A stretch of 64,000 nt of DNA. Origin: Tepidamorphaceae bacterium. GTDB taxonomy: Bacteria; Pseudomonadota; Alphaproteobacteria; Rhizobiales; JAKSCL01. The stretch spans positions 467,944 to 531,943 of the forward strand of contig JANQPO010000014.1 of the NCBI GenBank assembly GCA_028289445.1, given 5' to 3'. The notes beneath the pieces were generated by a model. The model was not told the DNA's origin. It saw only the letters and a program-made list of their open reading frames with translations, and made no database searches. How positions within the stretch are numbered: position 1 is the first letter of the stretch; every line of letters begins with the position of its first letter. Shown piece after piece: positions 29,418-39,852 of this stretch. Made by a program: the position numbers and the translations under genes.

Positions 29418-30745
29418 TGGAGGCGGCCGTTGCGCTGCCGCATCGCCCGGCCGGCCGCTCTGCCGCGCCTGAAGACTATGCGCCGCCGAGCCTACTCCAG
29501 AACCCTGCGATTGCCGCCCTGCTCTTTCTGCTTCTGACGTCAAGCAGCGTCGTGCTGTTCGAGCCTGCGCCCTATGACGTGATGGCGGTCGCCATCATGT
29601 TCACGGTCTTGCTGTGCGGTATGGCGCTGTCGCCCGCCGTGGCACCGCTGTTGATCGTGGTGATCTTGTTCATTGCGTCCGGCTTCCTTGCGGCGACCCA
29701 GGGCCGGACGGAGGACGAGCCGTTCTTCTACGTCACCGTTACCGCGTTTCTTGCGTTCAACGCGGTGTTTTTTGCGTTTGTCGTGGCGACCCATCCGGTC
29801 CGCGCATTCAACCTCATCATGGCCGGCTATCTCGTGGCCGCATTGATCACCGCGATCGCGGCGATCGGCGGCTACTTCGATGTCCTGCCGGAGTCCGAAA
29901 CCTTCACGCGCTTCGGGCGGGCGAAGGGAACATTCAAAGATCCCAATGTGATGGGGCCGTTTCTTGTGCCGCCATCGCTATTCCTTCTCAATCGCATTTT
30001 GAGATCAGATCCCCTTACCCGGCTACCGGAGGTGGGGATGCTTTTGATTCTCCTGGCCGCCATCTTCCTATCGTTCTCTCGCGGTGCTTGGGGTCACCTG
30101 CTCCTGTCGTTCGGGATCTTCGTTTTTCTCGTTTTCATCACCGCACGCACGCTCATGACACGCATGCGGATCCTGGTTCTCGTTACCGGTGGCGTGATGG
30201 CGGTCGCCGCGCTGATCGCCTGGGCCACGACGATTGACGATGTGCGCGTGCTTCTCATCGAACGCGCGCAACTGACTCAGTCTTACGATGTCGGCGCGGG
30301 TGGGCGTTTCGCTCGGCAAATCGCGGGGTTCGCCAGCCTGGCGGAACTGCCGCTCGGGTACGGTCCCCGCAACTTCGGCAATTTCTTCGGCGAGGATCCC
30401 CATAACGTCTATCTCAAGGCCTTTGCGGCGTACGGCTGGCTGGCCGGCCTCGCTTATCTCGGCCTGGTGATCACGACGCTTGTTTACGGCGCCAAGCTGT
30501 GCGTGCGACGCACGCCCTGGCAGGCCGGGTTCCAGATCGCCTATGCGTCCTTTGTCGGCTTGGCGGTCCTGGGGCTCATCATCGACACCGACCGCTGGCG
30601 CCACTTCTGGCTGCTTGTCGGCATCCTCTGGGGCATGATGGCGGCCTATGGCCCCTATCTGCGCGCGACGTCCGACCGGTCATTGCATCGCCAGCGACCG
30701 ACCGCTATAGACGAGCCTGGGCGGAGCGTGGCGCAGCCCGGTTAG
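29417..30745 (+). CDS. O-antigen ligase/Wzy-like polymerase family membrane protein
   Basis: About 10-12 TM segments with the Wzy_C-type loop FLSFSRGAWGHLL. The start overlaps the upstream stop (TGATG). The last 24 nt, including the TAG stop, lie inside the tRNA-Pro gene. Confidence 0.8.
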   Translation: MEAAVALPHRPAGRSAAPEDYAPPSLLQNPAIAALLFLLLTSSSVVLFEPAPYDVMAVAIMFTVLLCGMALSPAVAPLLIVVILFIASGFLAATQGRTEDEPFFYVTVTAFLAFNAVFFAFVVATHPVRAFNLIMAGYLVAALITAIAAIGGYFDVLPESETFTRFGRAKGTFKDPNVMGPFLVPPSLFLLNRILRSDPLTRLPEVGMLLILLAAIFLSFSRGAWGHLLLSFGIFVFLVFITARTLMTRMRILVLVTGGVMAVAALIAWATTIDDVRVLLIERAQLTQSYDVGAGGRFARQIAGFASLAELPLGYGPRNFGNFFGEDPHNVYLKAFAAYGWLAGLAYLGLVITTLVYGAKLCVRRTPWQAGFQIAYASFVGLAVLGLIIDTDRWRHFWLLVGILWGMMAAYGPYLRATSDRSLHRQRPTAIDEPGRSVAQPG

Positions 30746-30799
30746 CGCACCGGTCTGGGGGACCGGGGGTCGCCGGTTCGAATCCGGCCGCTCCGACCA
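30722..30799 (+). tRNA. tRNA-Pro (anticodon GGG)
   Basis: Folded by hand. Acceptor CGGAGCG/CGCTCCG, D-arm GCGC-AGCCCGGTTA-GCGC. Anticodon arm CCGGT-CTGGGGG-ACCGG (positions 34-36 are GGG). Variable loop GGGTC, T-arm GCCGG-TTCGAAT-CCGGC, discriminator A and an encoded CCA. Confidence 0.93.
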
Positions 30800-30817
30800 T
30801 TTTTCGAAACTGAGGGC

Positions 30818-31387
30818 TTATTGCGTGCGCGCCAAGTCTGCTGCTGTCGTCAGCAACGCGCGGCAGGCTTTCAGCTGATCCAGCGCGACACGCAGCTGTT
30901 TCTCCGCCGACTCCGTCAGGCGATCCCCATCGCCCTCGCCCACTTCGTCAGCGACCGTAAACGGAACCCGCTTCAACACCTTCGGCTTTGCGGAAACCGC
31001 TGGCGCCTCGGCCTCAGCAGGCTTTGGAGCAACTGCGGCGATCGGTGCCGGGGCAGCGGGCGCAATCTCAGGCTCTGCCGCAGCGTCCTGATCAGTGTCC
31101 CCGGGCTGCGCGGCGCCTTCTTCCCAAATGGTCTGCACGTATTTGACGCCGTCCTCGCGCAAAATGCGCTGAACGCCCTTGATGGTGTAGCCCTCGCCGT
31201 AAAGCAGGTGCTTGATGCCGCGCAGAAGATCGACATCGCCTGGACGATAATACCGGCGTCCGCCGCCGCGCTTCATCGGTTTGATTTGCGCGAACCGGGT
31301 TTCCCAAAACCGCAGGACATGCTGGGGCACGTCGAGTTCCTCGGCGACCTCGCTGATCGTGCGGAATGCCTCTGGGGATTTTTCCAT
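30818..31387 (-). CDS. MerR family transcriptional regulator
   Basis: HTH block [25 protein letters not shown]...[16 protein letters not shown] prefer the ATG at 31387, since the track start at 31417 is TTG. The position next to ihfA is conserved. Confidence 0.88.
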   Translation of the reverse strand: MEKSPEAFRTISEVAEELDVPQHVLRFWETRFAQIKPMKRGGGRRYYRPGDVDLLRGIKHLLYGEGYTIKGVQRILREDGVKYVQTIWEEGAAQPGDTDQDAAAEPEIAPAAPAPIAAVAPKPAEAEAPAVSAKPKVLKRVPFTVADEVGEGDGDRLTESAEKQLRVALDQLKACRALLTTAADLARTQ

Positions 31388-31421
31388 AACCGCGATTCCC
31401 TCTCCTCGCGTACTCAACCCA

Positions 31422-31727
31422 TCAAGACTTGGACAGAGCCTTGTTCACCCGCGCCTTCATGACATTCGATGGCTTGAAGACCATGACCCGGCGCGGCTCG
31501 ATCGGAACCTCGACGCCGGTCTTGGGATTGCGACCGATCCGCTCTCCCTTCTCGCGCACCAGAAACGATCCGAAGGAGGACAGTTTGACGTTCTGTCCCT
31601 TCTCAAGACAGTCGGCGATCTCTTGCAAGACCTGCTCGACCAGCTGCGCGCTTTCGGTCCTGGACAGCCCGATCTTTTGATAGACGGCTTCGCTCAGATC
31701 GGCGCGGGTAACAGTTCTATTGCTCAT
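31422..31727 (-). CDS. ihfA: integration host factor subunit alpha
   Basis: 101 aa of the HU/IHF family ([26 protein letters not shown]). Confidence 0.95.
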   Translation of the reverse strand: MSNRTVTRADLSEAVYQKIGLSRTESAQLVEQVLQEIADCLEKGQNVKLSSFGSFLVREKGERIGRNPKTGVEVPIEPRRVMVFKPSNVMKARVNKALSKS

Positions 31728-31795
31728 GGCCTAGTCCCCGAAAAGCGAAACAAATCAACGCTATCGGCTAGGCCGCCTGGGGTCAAGGGAGCGAT

Positions 31796-32779
31796 TTACC
31801 AGCGCAACAACACCGCGCCCCAAGTAAACCCGCCGCCCATTGCCTCCAACATCACCAAATCACCTTGTTTGATCCGCCCATCCCCCACGGCCTCCGATAG
31901 CGCGAGCGGAATTGACGCGGCCGACGTATTGGCGTGGCGATCGACAGTGATGACCACTTTTTCGGGCGACAAGCCGAGCTTACGCGCCGAGCCGTCGATG
32001 ATTCGCCTATTGGCCTGATGGGGCACGAACCAGTCGATCTCGTCGGCGGTTAGCCCGGTGGCATCCATAAGATCGTCAACGACTTCGGCGATCATCGTGA
32101 CAGCATGCTTGAAGACTTCGCGCCCTTCCATGCGAAGGTGTCCGACCGTCTGCGTACGCGATGGGCCGCCGTCGACATAGAGCTTATCGCAGTGCCGGCC
32201 GTCGGCCCGCAGGCGCGCGGCCAAGACACCGCGGTCGTCGATGCCGTTGCCATCATCGACAGCCACACTTTCCAGAACGAGGGCACCGGCACCATCGCCG
32301 AAAAGCACACAGGTGCCGCGATCCTCCCAATCCAAGATTCGGGAGAATGTCTCGGCACCGATCACAAGCGCCCGCTCGTGCAGGCCAGATGAGAGCATCT
32401 GGTCGGCAACGGTCAGCGCATAGACGAAGCCCGTGCAGACCGCCTGAAGATCGAAGGCCGCGCCGTTTGTGATGCCGAGCGCGGCCTGGATCGTGACGGC
32501 GGTGGCCGGAAAGGTGTAATCGGGTGTCGAGGTCGCGACGACGATCAGATCGATGTCGCCGGCGTCCAGGCCGGCGTCGGCCAATGCGGCCTTGGCGCTG
32601 GCAAGACCCAAGTCGGAGGTAAATTCGCCGTCCGCCGCGATATGGCGCTGCGAAATGCCCGTGCGCTGGACGATCCACTCGTCGCTGGTATCGACGCGCT
32701 TCGCAAGATCGTTGTTGGTGAGAATTGTTTTTGGGAGGTAGGCGCCGCAGCCCCTTACAACCGAACGTCTAACTGTCAA
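31796..32779 (-). CDS. fabH: beta-ketoacyl-ACP synthase III
   Basis: 327 aa with the active-site Cys context ([15 protein letters not shown]) and C-terminal GGGFTWGA. It has a TTG start overlapping the plsX stop (TTGA). Confidence 0.95.
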   Translation of the reverse strand: MTVRRSVVRGCGAYLPKTILTNNDLAKRVDTSDEWIVQRTGISQRHIAADGEFTSDLGLASAKAALADAGLDAGDIDLIVVATSTPDYTFPATAVTIQAALGITNGAAFDLQAVCTGFVYALTVADQMLSSGLHERALVIGAETFSRILDWEDRGTCVLFGDGAGALVLESVAVDDGNGIDDRGVLAARLRADGRHCDKLYVDGGPSRTQTVGHLRMEGREVFKHAVTMIAEVVDDLMDATGLTADEIDWFVPHQANRRIIDGSARKLGLSPEKVVITVDRHANTSAASIPLALSEAVGDGRIKQGDLVMLEAMGGGFTWGAVLLRW

Positions 32780-33840
32780 GCGGCACCTGCTTTGGCCTCG
32801 CCGACGCTGTCCAAGGCGACGGCGTGGGCATACTGAGATAAATCGTCCGCGATTTTCGCGACAAGCCGATTTTTCGCCATCTTATGCCCAAGCGCGATGG
32901 CACTGGCAAATCCTTCCGCATCGGTGCTGCCGTGGCTCTTGATCACGATGCCGTTGAGACCCAGGAAGACACCGCCGTTGACCTTGCGCGGGTCCATTTT
33001 CTCACGCAGCGTCTGGAAGGCATCGCGCGCAAACAAATAGCCGATCTTCGCGAAAAAAGTGCGCTGCATGGCCATGCGGAGATATTCGGCAATCTGCCGC
33101 GCCGTGCCCTCGGCCGTCTTGAGCGCGATGTTGCCGGCAAAGCCTTCCGTGACGACCACATCGACGGTCCCCTTGCCCAGATCGTCGCCTTCGACAAAGC
33201 CGTGGTAGCGGATGGGCAAATCGGACTCTCTCAGAATCTGGCCGGCGTCCTTGACCTCCTCGATACCCTTGACCTCTTCGACACCGATGTTGAGCAAGCC
33301 CACCGTCGGCCGTTCCACTCCAAACAGGGCGCGCGCCATCGCCTCGCCCATAACGGCGAAATCGACCAACTGCTTGGTATCCGCGCCGATCGTTGCGCCG
33401 ACGTCCAGCACGATGCTTTGCCCGCGCACGGTCGGCCACAACGCAGCGATCGCCGGCCGCTCAATGCCAACCATGGTGCGCAGACAGAATTTCGACATGG
33501 CCATGAGCGCGCCGGTATTGCCCGCCGATATGCAGACATCGGCCTCGTTATCGCGCACCGCCTGGATCGATCGCCACATGCTGGACTTCCAACGCCCTGC
33601 ACGAAGCGCCTGGCTCGGTTTGTCGTCCATCTTCACCGCGACATCGGTGTGTTCCAGCGTGCTGACGGCCTTTAGCTTCGGATTTTGATCCAGCAGCGGC
33701 GCGACGATGGCTTCGTCGCCATAGAAGATGAAGCGGGAATCGGGCTGGCGTTCCAACGCCAAGGCCGCGCCGTCAATGACGATTTCGGCACCGTTGTCGC
33801 CACCCATCGCGTCGAGCGATATCGTCACGGTCTCGGTCAT
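32776..33840 (-). CDS. plsX: phosphate acyltransferase
   Basis: 354 aa. [11 protein letters not shown] and HGSTDAEG are typical PlsX blocks. Confidence 0.95.
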   Translation of the reverse strand: MTETVTISLDAMGGDNGAEIVIDGAALALERQPDSRFIFYGDEAIVAPLLDQNPKLKAVSTLEHTDVAVKMDDKPSQALRAGRWKSSMWRSIQAVRDNEADVCISAGNTGALMAMSKFCLRTMVGIERPAIAALWPTVRGQSIVLDVGATIGADTKQLVDFAVMGEAMARALFGVERPTVGLLNIGVEEVKGIEEVKDAGQILRESDLPIRYHGFVEGDDLGKGTVDVVVTEGFAGNIALKTAEGTARQIAEYLRMAMQRTFFAKIGYLFARDAFQTLREKMDPRKVNGGVFLGLNGIVIKSHGSTDAEGFASAIALGHKMAKNRLVAKIADDLSQYAHAVALDSVGEAKAGAA

Positions 33841-33971
33841 TGGCGCTTTGCGTACTCCACTTTCTCGCGAATCGATTGCCGCATTAAGCCGCCCGCCCAG
33901 CTACGGCAAAATAGTCGATTGCCGAGGCCAGACAACCGATTTGTGGTCAGCTTGTGGACTGCAACGGTCAC

Positions 33972-34520
33972 TCAGGTCTGTTTTTTCGATAGCGACTCGA
34001 GCGCTGCGAACGGGTGCGCGGCGGTATCTTCCTCGCCATTGGCTTGGGATTCTGGCGCGGCGAACTCCACGTCCGGCTTGCGCGGGTGCGGCTCCAGCGT
34101 GAGCATGAACTCTTCGACAACAAACGCCGCGAGATCGACACCCTCCGCGGGCAGAGGGTCCGGCGGATCGTCGGTTTCAGGCTCGATCACGATCTCGTCC
34201 GTGCCCTCGCCTTGCCGCTCCGGTCGGAATCGCCGCGCGAGGTCGGTGGCAAGATTCGATTCGAAATCCTCCAAACTGACCACGCAGGTGCGCACGACCG
34301 TCGCCGCCAAGTGCCCGGAGACCGCCAGTCCGTCGCTTCTCCACCGCCGGACCTTCAAATCCGCTGCGAGTTCTCGAAGCTCAATCAGGTCCGCGAGTTC
34401 GGCGATCTGGCGCCGTGCGGTCTCGTCCGCTATCAGCGCAAGCGTGCGGCCGTCTTGCGGCACATCGTCGGGGTGTATACAGACGCTCCAGTCGATAGTT
34501 GCGTCCGCTGCGTCGGTCAT
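33972..34520 (-). CDS. DUF177 (YceD-like) domain-containing protein
   Basis: 182 aa, acidic, in the position upstream of plsX that is typical for yceD-like genes. Confidence 0.75.
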   Translation of the reverse strand: MTDAADATIDWSVCIHPDDVPQDGRTLALIADETARRQIAELADLIELRELAADLKVRRWRSDGLAVSGHLAATVVRTCVVSLEDFESNLATDLARRFRPERQGEGTDEIVIEPETDDPPDPLPAEGVDLAAFVVEEFMLTLEPHPRKPDVEFAAPESQANGEEDTAAHPFAALESLSKKQT

Positions 34521-35062
34521 GTGGGACGGAAGCGTGCCGGTTCGGGGAATTCCAACCGGCCTTCCAGAATCCGGTCGTCGGATAGTCCCGAAAGATGCAA
34601 CTCCGTCGCAAAGACGTACCGCGCCAATGCCGGCGCACCCTTGTGGCCGGGATCGTCGGCGCCGAAGACATTGCGCAGTAGCGCATCGGCGAGCAGGCGA
34701 TCGTCACCCTCCTCGAACGCATGGTCATAGGCCTTAGCGGCGCCGTAGAACACTTCGGCGACGAGCTTCATCTTCTTGGGCACCGAAAGATCGCCTACGC
34801 CCATCTCGCGCAGAGCCTGATCCATGTCGCCCATGAAAATGTCGAAAATCTCCTGCATCAGCGCCAATCCCGGCTCCGGCATGATTCGCATGCGCCGAAA
34901 TACCAAGCTCGCGTGCAGCGCGATTGCGTTGAAGCGGCCGTCGACTGTGTCTTCAACACCAAAGTCGGAATAGAACACGGGCTTGCGTGCTTGATCCACA
35001 ATCTGGCCGTAAAGGCCGTATGGGATCCGGTCACGACGTTGTTTGAACAGACCAAGCACCAT
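34517..35062 (-). CDS. ubiquinol-cytochrome c chaperone family protein
   Basis: 181 aa. The N-terminal part matches the Ubiq_cyt_C_chap family pattern (YGQIV.QAR.P.FY..FGV.DT..GRF..I.LH). The stop overlaps the DUF177 start. Confidence 0.75.
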   Translation of the reverse strand: MVLGLFKQRRDRIPYGLYGQIVDQARKPVFYSDFGVEDTVDGRFNAIALHASLVFRRMRIMPEPGLALMQEIFDIFMGDMDQALREMGVGDLSVPKKMKLVAEVFYGAAKAYDHAFEEGDDRLLADALLRNVFGADDPGHKGAPALARYVFATELHLSGLSDDRILEGRLEFPEPARFRPT

Positions 35063-35233
35063 GTGGACTTATCCGGGCCCGTGATTCACATCCAGGCTTG
35101 TCATACGCCGGACGCCATGCGACATCGCACGCGACACGGCCCGGCGATGGGTTTTGCCGCAATGTAAGGCAGGAGACCAGCCGGCGCGACAGGCAAGACG
35201 GCTCTAGGCTGTGAGTAAGACGAGAAAAATACC

Positions 35234-35704
35234 ATGAAGACAGGCACCAACCGGCGTTTCGGACTCAATGGGCCGATGCTTTTCAGCATCGTGATCCTTG
35301 CATCTGCGATTGCTGGATGCACCCACAAGGTCAGCTATCACGGCTATGTGGTGTCGCAGGAAGCCCTGTCGCAGGTTCCCGTAGGCTCGAGCCAGGAGCA
35401 GGTTCTTTTGTCGCTCGGCACCCCGTCGACGACCTCTACCGTCGGCGGCGAGACGTTTTTCTACATCTCATCGCGAATCGAAGAGCGCGCCTTCTTCCGG
35501 CCGAAGACAACCGATCGGCGCATCCTCGCGGTTCATTTCGACGATCAGCGCCAAGTCCAGCGTATCGCGGAATATGGGCTGCAAGACGGCCAGGTCTTCG
35601 ACTTCGTGAGCCGGACAACGCCGACAGGCGGTGCCCAAATCAACCTGATCCGTCAGCTTCTGGGCAATGTCGCGCGCGCCAATCCGGCGGCGGCCACAAA
35701 CTAA
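35234..35704 (+). CDS. bamE: outer membrane protein assembly factor BamE (SmpA/OmlA family lipoprotein)
   Basis: Lipobox LASAIAGC, followed by the GYVVSQEALSQVPVGSSQEQVLLSLGTPS domain. Confidence 0.88.
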   Translation: MKTGTNRRFGLNGPMLFSIVILASAIAGCTHKVSYHGYVVSQEALSQVPVGSSQEQVLLSLGTPSTTSTVGGETFFYISSRIEERAFFRPKTTDRRILAVHFDDQRQVQRIAEYGLQDGQVFDFVSRTTPTGGAQINLIRQLLGNVARANPAAATN

Positions 35705-35726
35705 GCCGACAAGCACCGGAAGTCCC

Positions 35727-36197
35727 ATGAGCACGTCCGTTAGGCGGGTGGAACAAGCCGCGGCCGGTCTTGGATTGAAGATCGCCGTGATACGCATGGG
35801 CGAGAGTACGCGCACGGCAGAGGACGCTGCGAAGGCCTGCGGCTGCACCGTCGGTCAAATCGTGAAGTCCCTCATCTTCAAGGGTCGGGATACCGGCGAT
35901 CTCTTGTTACTGCTTGTCTCCGGCGCCAATCGCGTCGACATGGACAAGGCCATGGCGATTGTCGGCGAAGCGCTCGAAAAGGCCGATGCCGAAGAGGTGA
36001 GACGGCGGACCGGCTTCGCCATCGGCGGGGTCGCGCCGATCGGGCATCTTGAAGCGCCCAAAATCTGGATCGATGAGACCTTGACGCAGTTTGACACGGT
36101 GTGGGCGGCAGCCGGCGCTCCCGATGCTGTCTTCCAGGTTACGCCCCAGGCGCTCGTCGAAGCGACGGGCGCCGTCTCCGCAACGCTAGCGGCGTGA
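35727..36197 (+). CDS. YbaK/EbsC family aminoacyl-tRNA deacylase-like protein
   Basis: ATG at 35727 (MSTSVRRVEQAAAGLGL). It has the KSLIFK and GFAIGGVAPIGH blocks of the YbaK fold. Confidence 0.85.
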   Translation: MSTSVRRVEQAAAGLGLKIAVIRMGESTRTAEDAAKACGCTVGQIVKSLIFKGRDTGDLLLLLVSGANRVDMDKAMAIVGEALEKADAEEVRRRTGFAIGGVAPIGHLEAPKIWIDETLTQFDTVWAAAGAPDAVFQVTPQALVEATGAVSATLAA

Positions 36198-36200
36198 AAC

Positions 36201-36240
36201 GAAAAACCCCGCGGCGCACGTCCGCGGGGTTCGCGTTTGT
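36201..36240. terminator. bidirectional rho-independent terminator between ybaK-like gene and hppA
   Basis: GAAAAA-CCCCGCGG-cgcacgt-CCGCGGGG-TTCGCGTTTGT. It is an 8-bp GC stem flanked by an A-tract on the left and a T-rich run on the right. Confidence 0.75.
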
Positions 36241-36254
36241 CGATGGATCGATGA

Positions 36255-38375
36255 TCAGGCGCTGTGCGCCAAGACCGCCAACAGCAAAAGCGCCACGATG
36301 TTGGTGATCTTGATCATCGGATTGACGGCCGGCCCGGCGGTGTCCTTGTAGGGATCGCCGACTGTGTCGCCGGTCACGGCAGCCTTATGGGCTTCAGAGC
36401 CCTTGCCGCCGTAGTTGCCGTCTTCGATGTACTTCTTGGCGTTGTCCCAGGCACCGCCGCCCGCCGTCATCGAGATGGCGACGAACAGGCCGGTGATGAT
36501 GACGCCCAAGAGCATCGCGCCGGTCGCCGAGAACGCCGCCGACTTGCCGGCGATCATATAGACCACCACGAAACAGACGATCGGCGAGAGCACCGGCAGC
36601 ATCGACGGGATGACCATCTCCTTGATGGCCGCCTTTGTCAGCATGTCGACGGCCCGCGCATAGTCGGGCTTCGAGGTGCCTTCCATGATGCCCGGATCGG
36701 CCTTGAACTGGCGCCTGACTTCTTCGACGACAGCGCCGCCTGCACGCCCGACCGCTTTCATGCCCATACCTCCGAAGAGATAGGGCAACAGGCCGCCGAA
36801 GAAGAGACCGACGACGACGTAGGGGTTGGACAGCGAGAAATCGAGTTCGACCCCTGCGAAGAACGGATACTCGGCCGCCTGCGACGTGAAGTAGTTCAAG
36901 TCTTCCGTATAGGCCGCAAACAGCACAAGAGCGCCGAGACCGGCAGAACCGATCGCATAGCCCTTGGTGACCGCCTTGGTCGTGTTGCCAACGGCATCGA
37001 GCGCGTCCGTCGTGTCGCGGACCTCACCCGGCAGATCGGCCATTTCGGCAATGCCGCCGGCATTGTCCGTGACCGGGCCGAAGGCGTCGAGCGCCACGAC
37101 CATGCCGGCCAGCGCCAGCATCGTGGTGACGGCAATCGCGATGCCGAAGAGACCGGCCAGCGTGTAGGTGATGATGATGCCAGCTATGATAACGACGGCC
37201 GGCAGTGCAGTCGCCTCAAGCGAGACGGCCAGACCCTGGATCACGTTTGTGCCGTGCCCCGTCTCCGAAGCCGCGGCCACGGACCGCACCGGACGGTAAT
37301 TGACGCCGGTGTAGTACTCCGTGATCCAGATGATCAGCCCGGTCACCGCAAGACCGACAAGACCGCAGATGAATAGGTCCGAGCCGGTAAAGGTCACGCC
37401 TCGGCTTGTCGTATACGCGGTACCGAAGCCAAGCAGCAGATACGTCACCAGACCGACGGCAACGACTGAGAGAACCGCAGACGCGATGAACCCCTTGTAG
37501 AGGGCGCCCATGATCGAGTTGTTCGACCCGAGCTTGACGAAGAACGTGCCGATAATCGATGTGAGCGCGCAAACGCCGCAGATCGCCAGCGGATAGATCA
37601 TGACGGAGCCGAGCGCCTCTTGGCCGGCGAAATAGATCGACGCCAGAACCATGGTCGCAACCACGGTCACCGCATAGGTCTCGAACAGATCGGCGGCCAT
37701 GCCGGCGCAGTCACCGACATTGTCGCCGACATTGTCGGCAATCGTCGCCGGATTGCGCGGGTCGTCCTCCGGGATGCCGGCCTCGACCTTGCCAACCAAG
37801 TCACCGCCGACGTCGGCACCCTTGGTGAAGATACCGCCGCCCAGACGTGCAAAGATCGAGATTAGCGACGCGCCGAAGCCGAGCGCGACCAGCGAGTCGA
37901 TCACTGTGCGCGATTGCGGTTCCTCGCCGAGCATACCGGTCAAGAAACCGTAGTAGACGGTCACGCCGAGCAACGCCAAGCCGGCGACCAGCATGCCGGT
38001 GATCGCACCGGACTTGAACGCGATTGAGAGACCTGCGCCCAGACTTTCGCTTGCGGCTTGTGCAGTCCTCACATTGGCGCGCACCGACACCAGCATGCCG
38101 ATGAAGCCCGCTGCGGCCGACAACACCGCGCCGATCGCGAAACCGACCGCGACCAAACCGCCGAGCAACCACCAAACGATGGCGAAGATAACGACGCCGA
38201 CAATCGCAACCGTCGTGTACTGGCGCGTCAGATAGGCTTGCGCGCCCTCTTGGATCGCCGCTGCGATTTCCTTCATCCGGTCATTGCCGGCATCCGCCGC
38301 CATGACGGATTGGATCGCCCAAATGCCGTAGACAACCGAAAGGATGCCACAGGCGATGATGAGCCAAAGTGCCAT
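36255..38375 (-). CDS. hppA: membrane-bound proton-translocating pyrophosphatase
   Basis: 706 aa, about 16 TM segments, with H+-PPase signatures ([40 protein letters not shown]). Confidence 0.95.
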   Translation of the reverse strand: MALWLIIACGILSVVYGIWAIQSVMAADAGNDRMKEIAAAIQEGAQAYLTRQYTTVAIVGVVIFAIVWWLLGGLVAVGFAIGAVLSAAAGFIGMLVSVRANVRTAQAASESLGAGLSIAFKSGAITGMLVAGLALLGVTVYYGFLTGMLGEEPQSRTVIDSLVALGFGASLISIFARLGGGIFTKGADVGGDLVGKVEAGIPEDDPRNPATIADNVGDNVGDCAGMAADLFETYAVTVVATMVLASIYFAGQEALGSVMIYPLAICGVCALTSIIGTFFVKLGSNNSIMGALYKGFIASAVLSVVAVGLVTYLLLGFGTAYTTSRGVTFTGSDLFICGLVGLAVTGLIIWITEYYTGVNYRPVRSVAAASETGHGTNVIQGLAVSLEATALPAVVIIAGIIITYTLAGLFGIAIAVTTMLALAGMVVALDAFGPVTDNAGGIAEMADLPGEVRDTTDALDAVGNTTKAVTKGYAIGSAGLGALVLFAAYTEDLNYFTSQAAEYPFFAGVELDFSLSNPYVVVGLFFGGLLPYLFGGMGMKAVGRAGGAVVEEVRRQFKADPGIMEGTSKPDYARAVDMLTKAAIKEMVIPSMLPVLSPIVCFVVVYMIAGKSAAFSATGAMLLGVIITGLFVAISMTAGGGAWDNAKKYIEDGNYGGKGSEAHKAAVTGDTVGDPYKDTAGPAVNPMIKITNIVALLLLAVLAHSA

Positions 38376-38538
38376 GAAAATTATCCCTGTTTTCCCGTGA
38401 AGAGGCGTGAATTTGGTCCGCTAACGGACGCCCCCGCCTGAAATCGCGCGGACATTGCCAAAAACGTCGCTGCAACGCAACACGCCAAAGGGATGAGCCG
38501 TATTCTGCGGTGAATAGGTGGGTTCTGGTGCCCGAACA

Positions 38539-39852
38539 CTAGAGCTGATCGGTCGGCTCGATAGCTCGCCGTTTGTCCATCGCCAGCCAGATCAGCAAGC
38601 AGAAGCAGAGGACGATGAACGGAATCGTCGTCCAGTTGATCGCGTCCCAGCCCAGCCACGACAGCATCTTGCCGGACATCAAGGAGGCCACACCGACCGA
38701 ACCGAAGACCAGGAAATCGTTGGCGCCTTGCACCTTTGAGCGCTCCTCGGGCCGGTAGCACTCCGTCACCATGGCGGTGGCGCCGATGAAGCCGAAGTTC
38801 CAGCCGACACCCAAGAGGATCAGCGCCAAATAGAAATGCGTCAGGTCGATACCGGACAGAGCGACAACGGCGCAACCAAGAAGCAGCGCGAGTCCAACGC
38901 CGACGACGGTTTCTTTGCCAAACCGAGCGATCAGGTGGCCGGTGAAGAAGCTCGGTCCAAACATGGCAATCACATGCCACTGAATGCCGAGCGCTGCGTC
39001 GTTCGGCGTGTAATTACACGCCACCATGGCGAGCGGCGCTGCGGTCATGACATAGCTCATGATCGCGTAGGAGGTGATGGCGCAAAGGGCCGCCATGACA
39101 AAGCGTGGCTGAGCGAGTATCTCACCCAGCGGTCGTCCGCCGCCGGTGACAGATGCCGGCGGTTGGCGCGGGATCTTGAGGAATGCGAGCACTAGAAACG
39201 CCGCTGTCATGACCAGCATCTGGCCGAGAAATGCACCCGCGAACGGGATCGGATCGAAATAGTCGCCAAAGGCAATGACCGATTGCGGTCCGATAACACC
39301 GGCCGCAACACCGCCAATGAGAACCCAAGAGATCGCCTTCGGCCGAAATGCTTCACTGGCCGTATCGGCGGCCGCGAAGCGGAATTGTTGGCCGAAAGCG
39401 GCGGCAAATCCGCCAATGCCGCAGCCAAGACACAGTAACCAGAAAAGGCCGACAAGGATCGCCTGCATGGCTACAAAGCCGCCAACGATCCCAAGCACCA
39501 TGCCGGACATGAACCCGGCGCGACGACCAATGCGACGCATCAGCATGGCGGCTGGAACGGTTCCAATCGCCGTGCCGATCAGAAAACTGGTCGGCGGCAG
39601 GGTCGCCAAGGATTTGTCTGGCCCCAAAAGGTAGTAGCCGGCAAGACCGCCCGCGGCGAAGATGATCGTCGCCGAGGCGCCGCCGAAGGCCTGCGCGATC
39701 GCCAGCACAACGGCGTTCCGCCGCGCCAGGCGATCATCTTCATAATGCGTGGTGTCGTGCACCTCAGCGGTCACGGTTTCGGCCTTCAATTGCCGGAGGG
39801 TCGTACTCTCCTGGTATCGCGCCGCGCTGGATTTGGAAAGTCGGCCAGCCAT
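38539..39852 (-). CDS. MFS transporter
   Basis: Start at ATG 39852 (MAGRLSKSS...), which overlaps the thiL stop as TGATG. About 12 TM segments. The N-terminal 36 codons of the track ORF lie inside thiL and were rejected. Confidence 0.8.
   Translation of the reverse strand: MAGRLSKSSAARYQESTTLRQLKAETVTAEVHDTTHYEDDRLARRNAVVLAIAQAFGGASATIIFAAGGLAGYYLLGPDKSLATLPPTSFLIGTAIGTVPAAMLMRRIGRRAGFMSGMVLGIVGGFVAMQAILVGLFWLLCLGCGIGGFAAAFGQQFRFAAADTASEAFRPKAISWVLIGGVAAGVIGPQSVIAFGDYFDPIPFAGAFLGQMLVMTAAFLVLAFLKIPRQPPASVTGGGRPLGEILAQPRFVMAALCAITSYAIMSYVMTAAPLAMVACNYTPNDAALGIQWHVIAMFGPSFFTGHLIARFGKETVVGVGLALLLGCAVVALSGIDLTHFYLALILLGVGWNFGFIGATAMVTECYRPEERSKVQGANDFLVFGSVGVASLMSGKMLSWLGWDAINWTTIPFIVLCFCLLIWLAMDKRRAIEPTDQL

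Noticed and set aside
20776-30799. The polysaccharide locus as a tRNA-targeted genomic island.
   Set aside because: The locus lies on the 5' side of tRNA-Pro, not the 3' side used by integrases. No integrase, transposase or direct repeat of the tRNA 3' end is visible, and there is no obvious compositional break by eye.
33841-33971. An expected rpmF (ribosomal protein L32) between the DUF177/yceD-like gene and plsX.
   Set aside because: The gap is only 131 bp and contains no suitable ORF in any frame. rpmF must be encoded elsewhere, as in many alphaproteobacteria.
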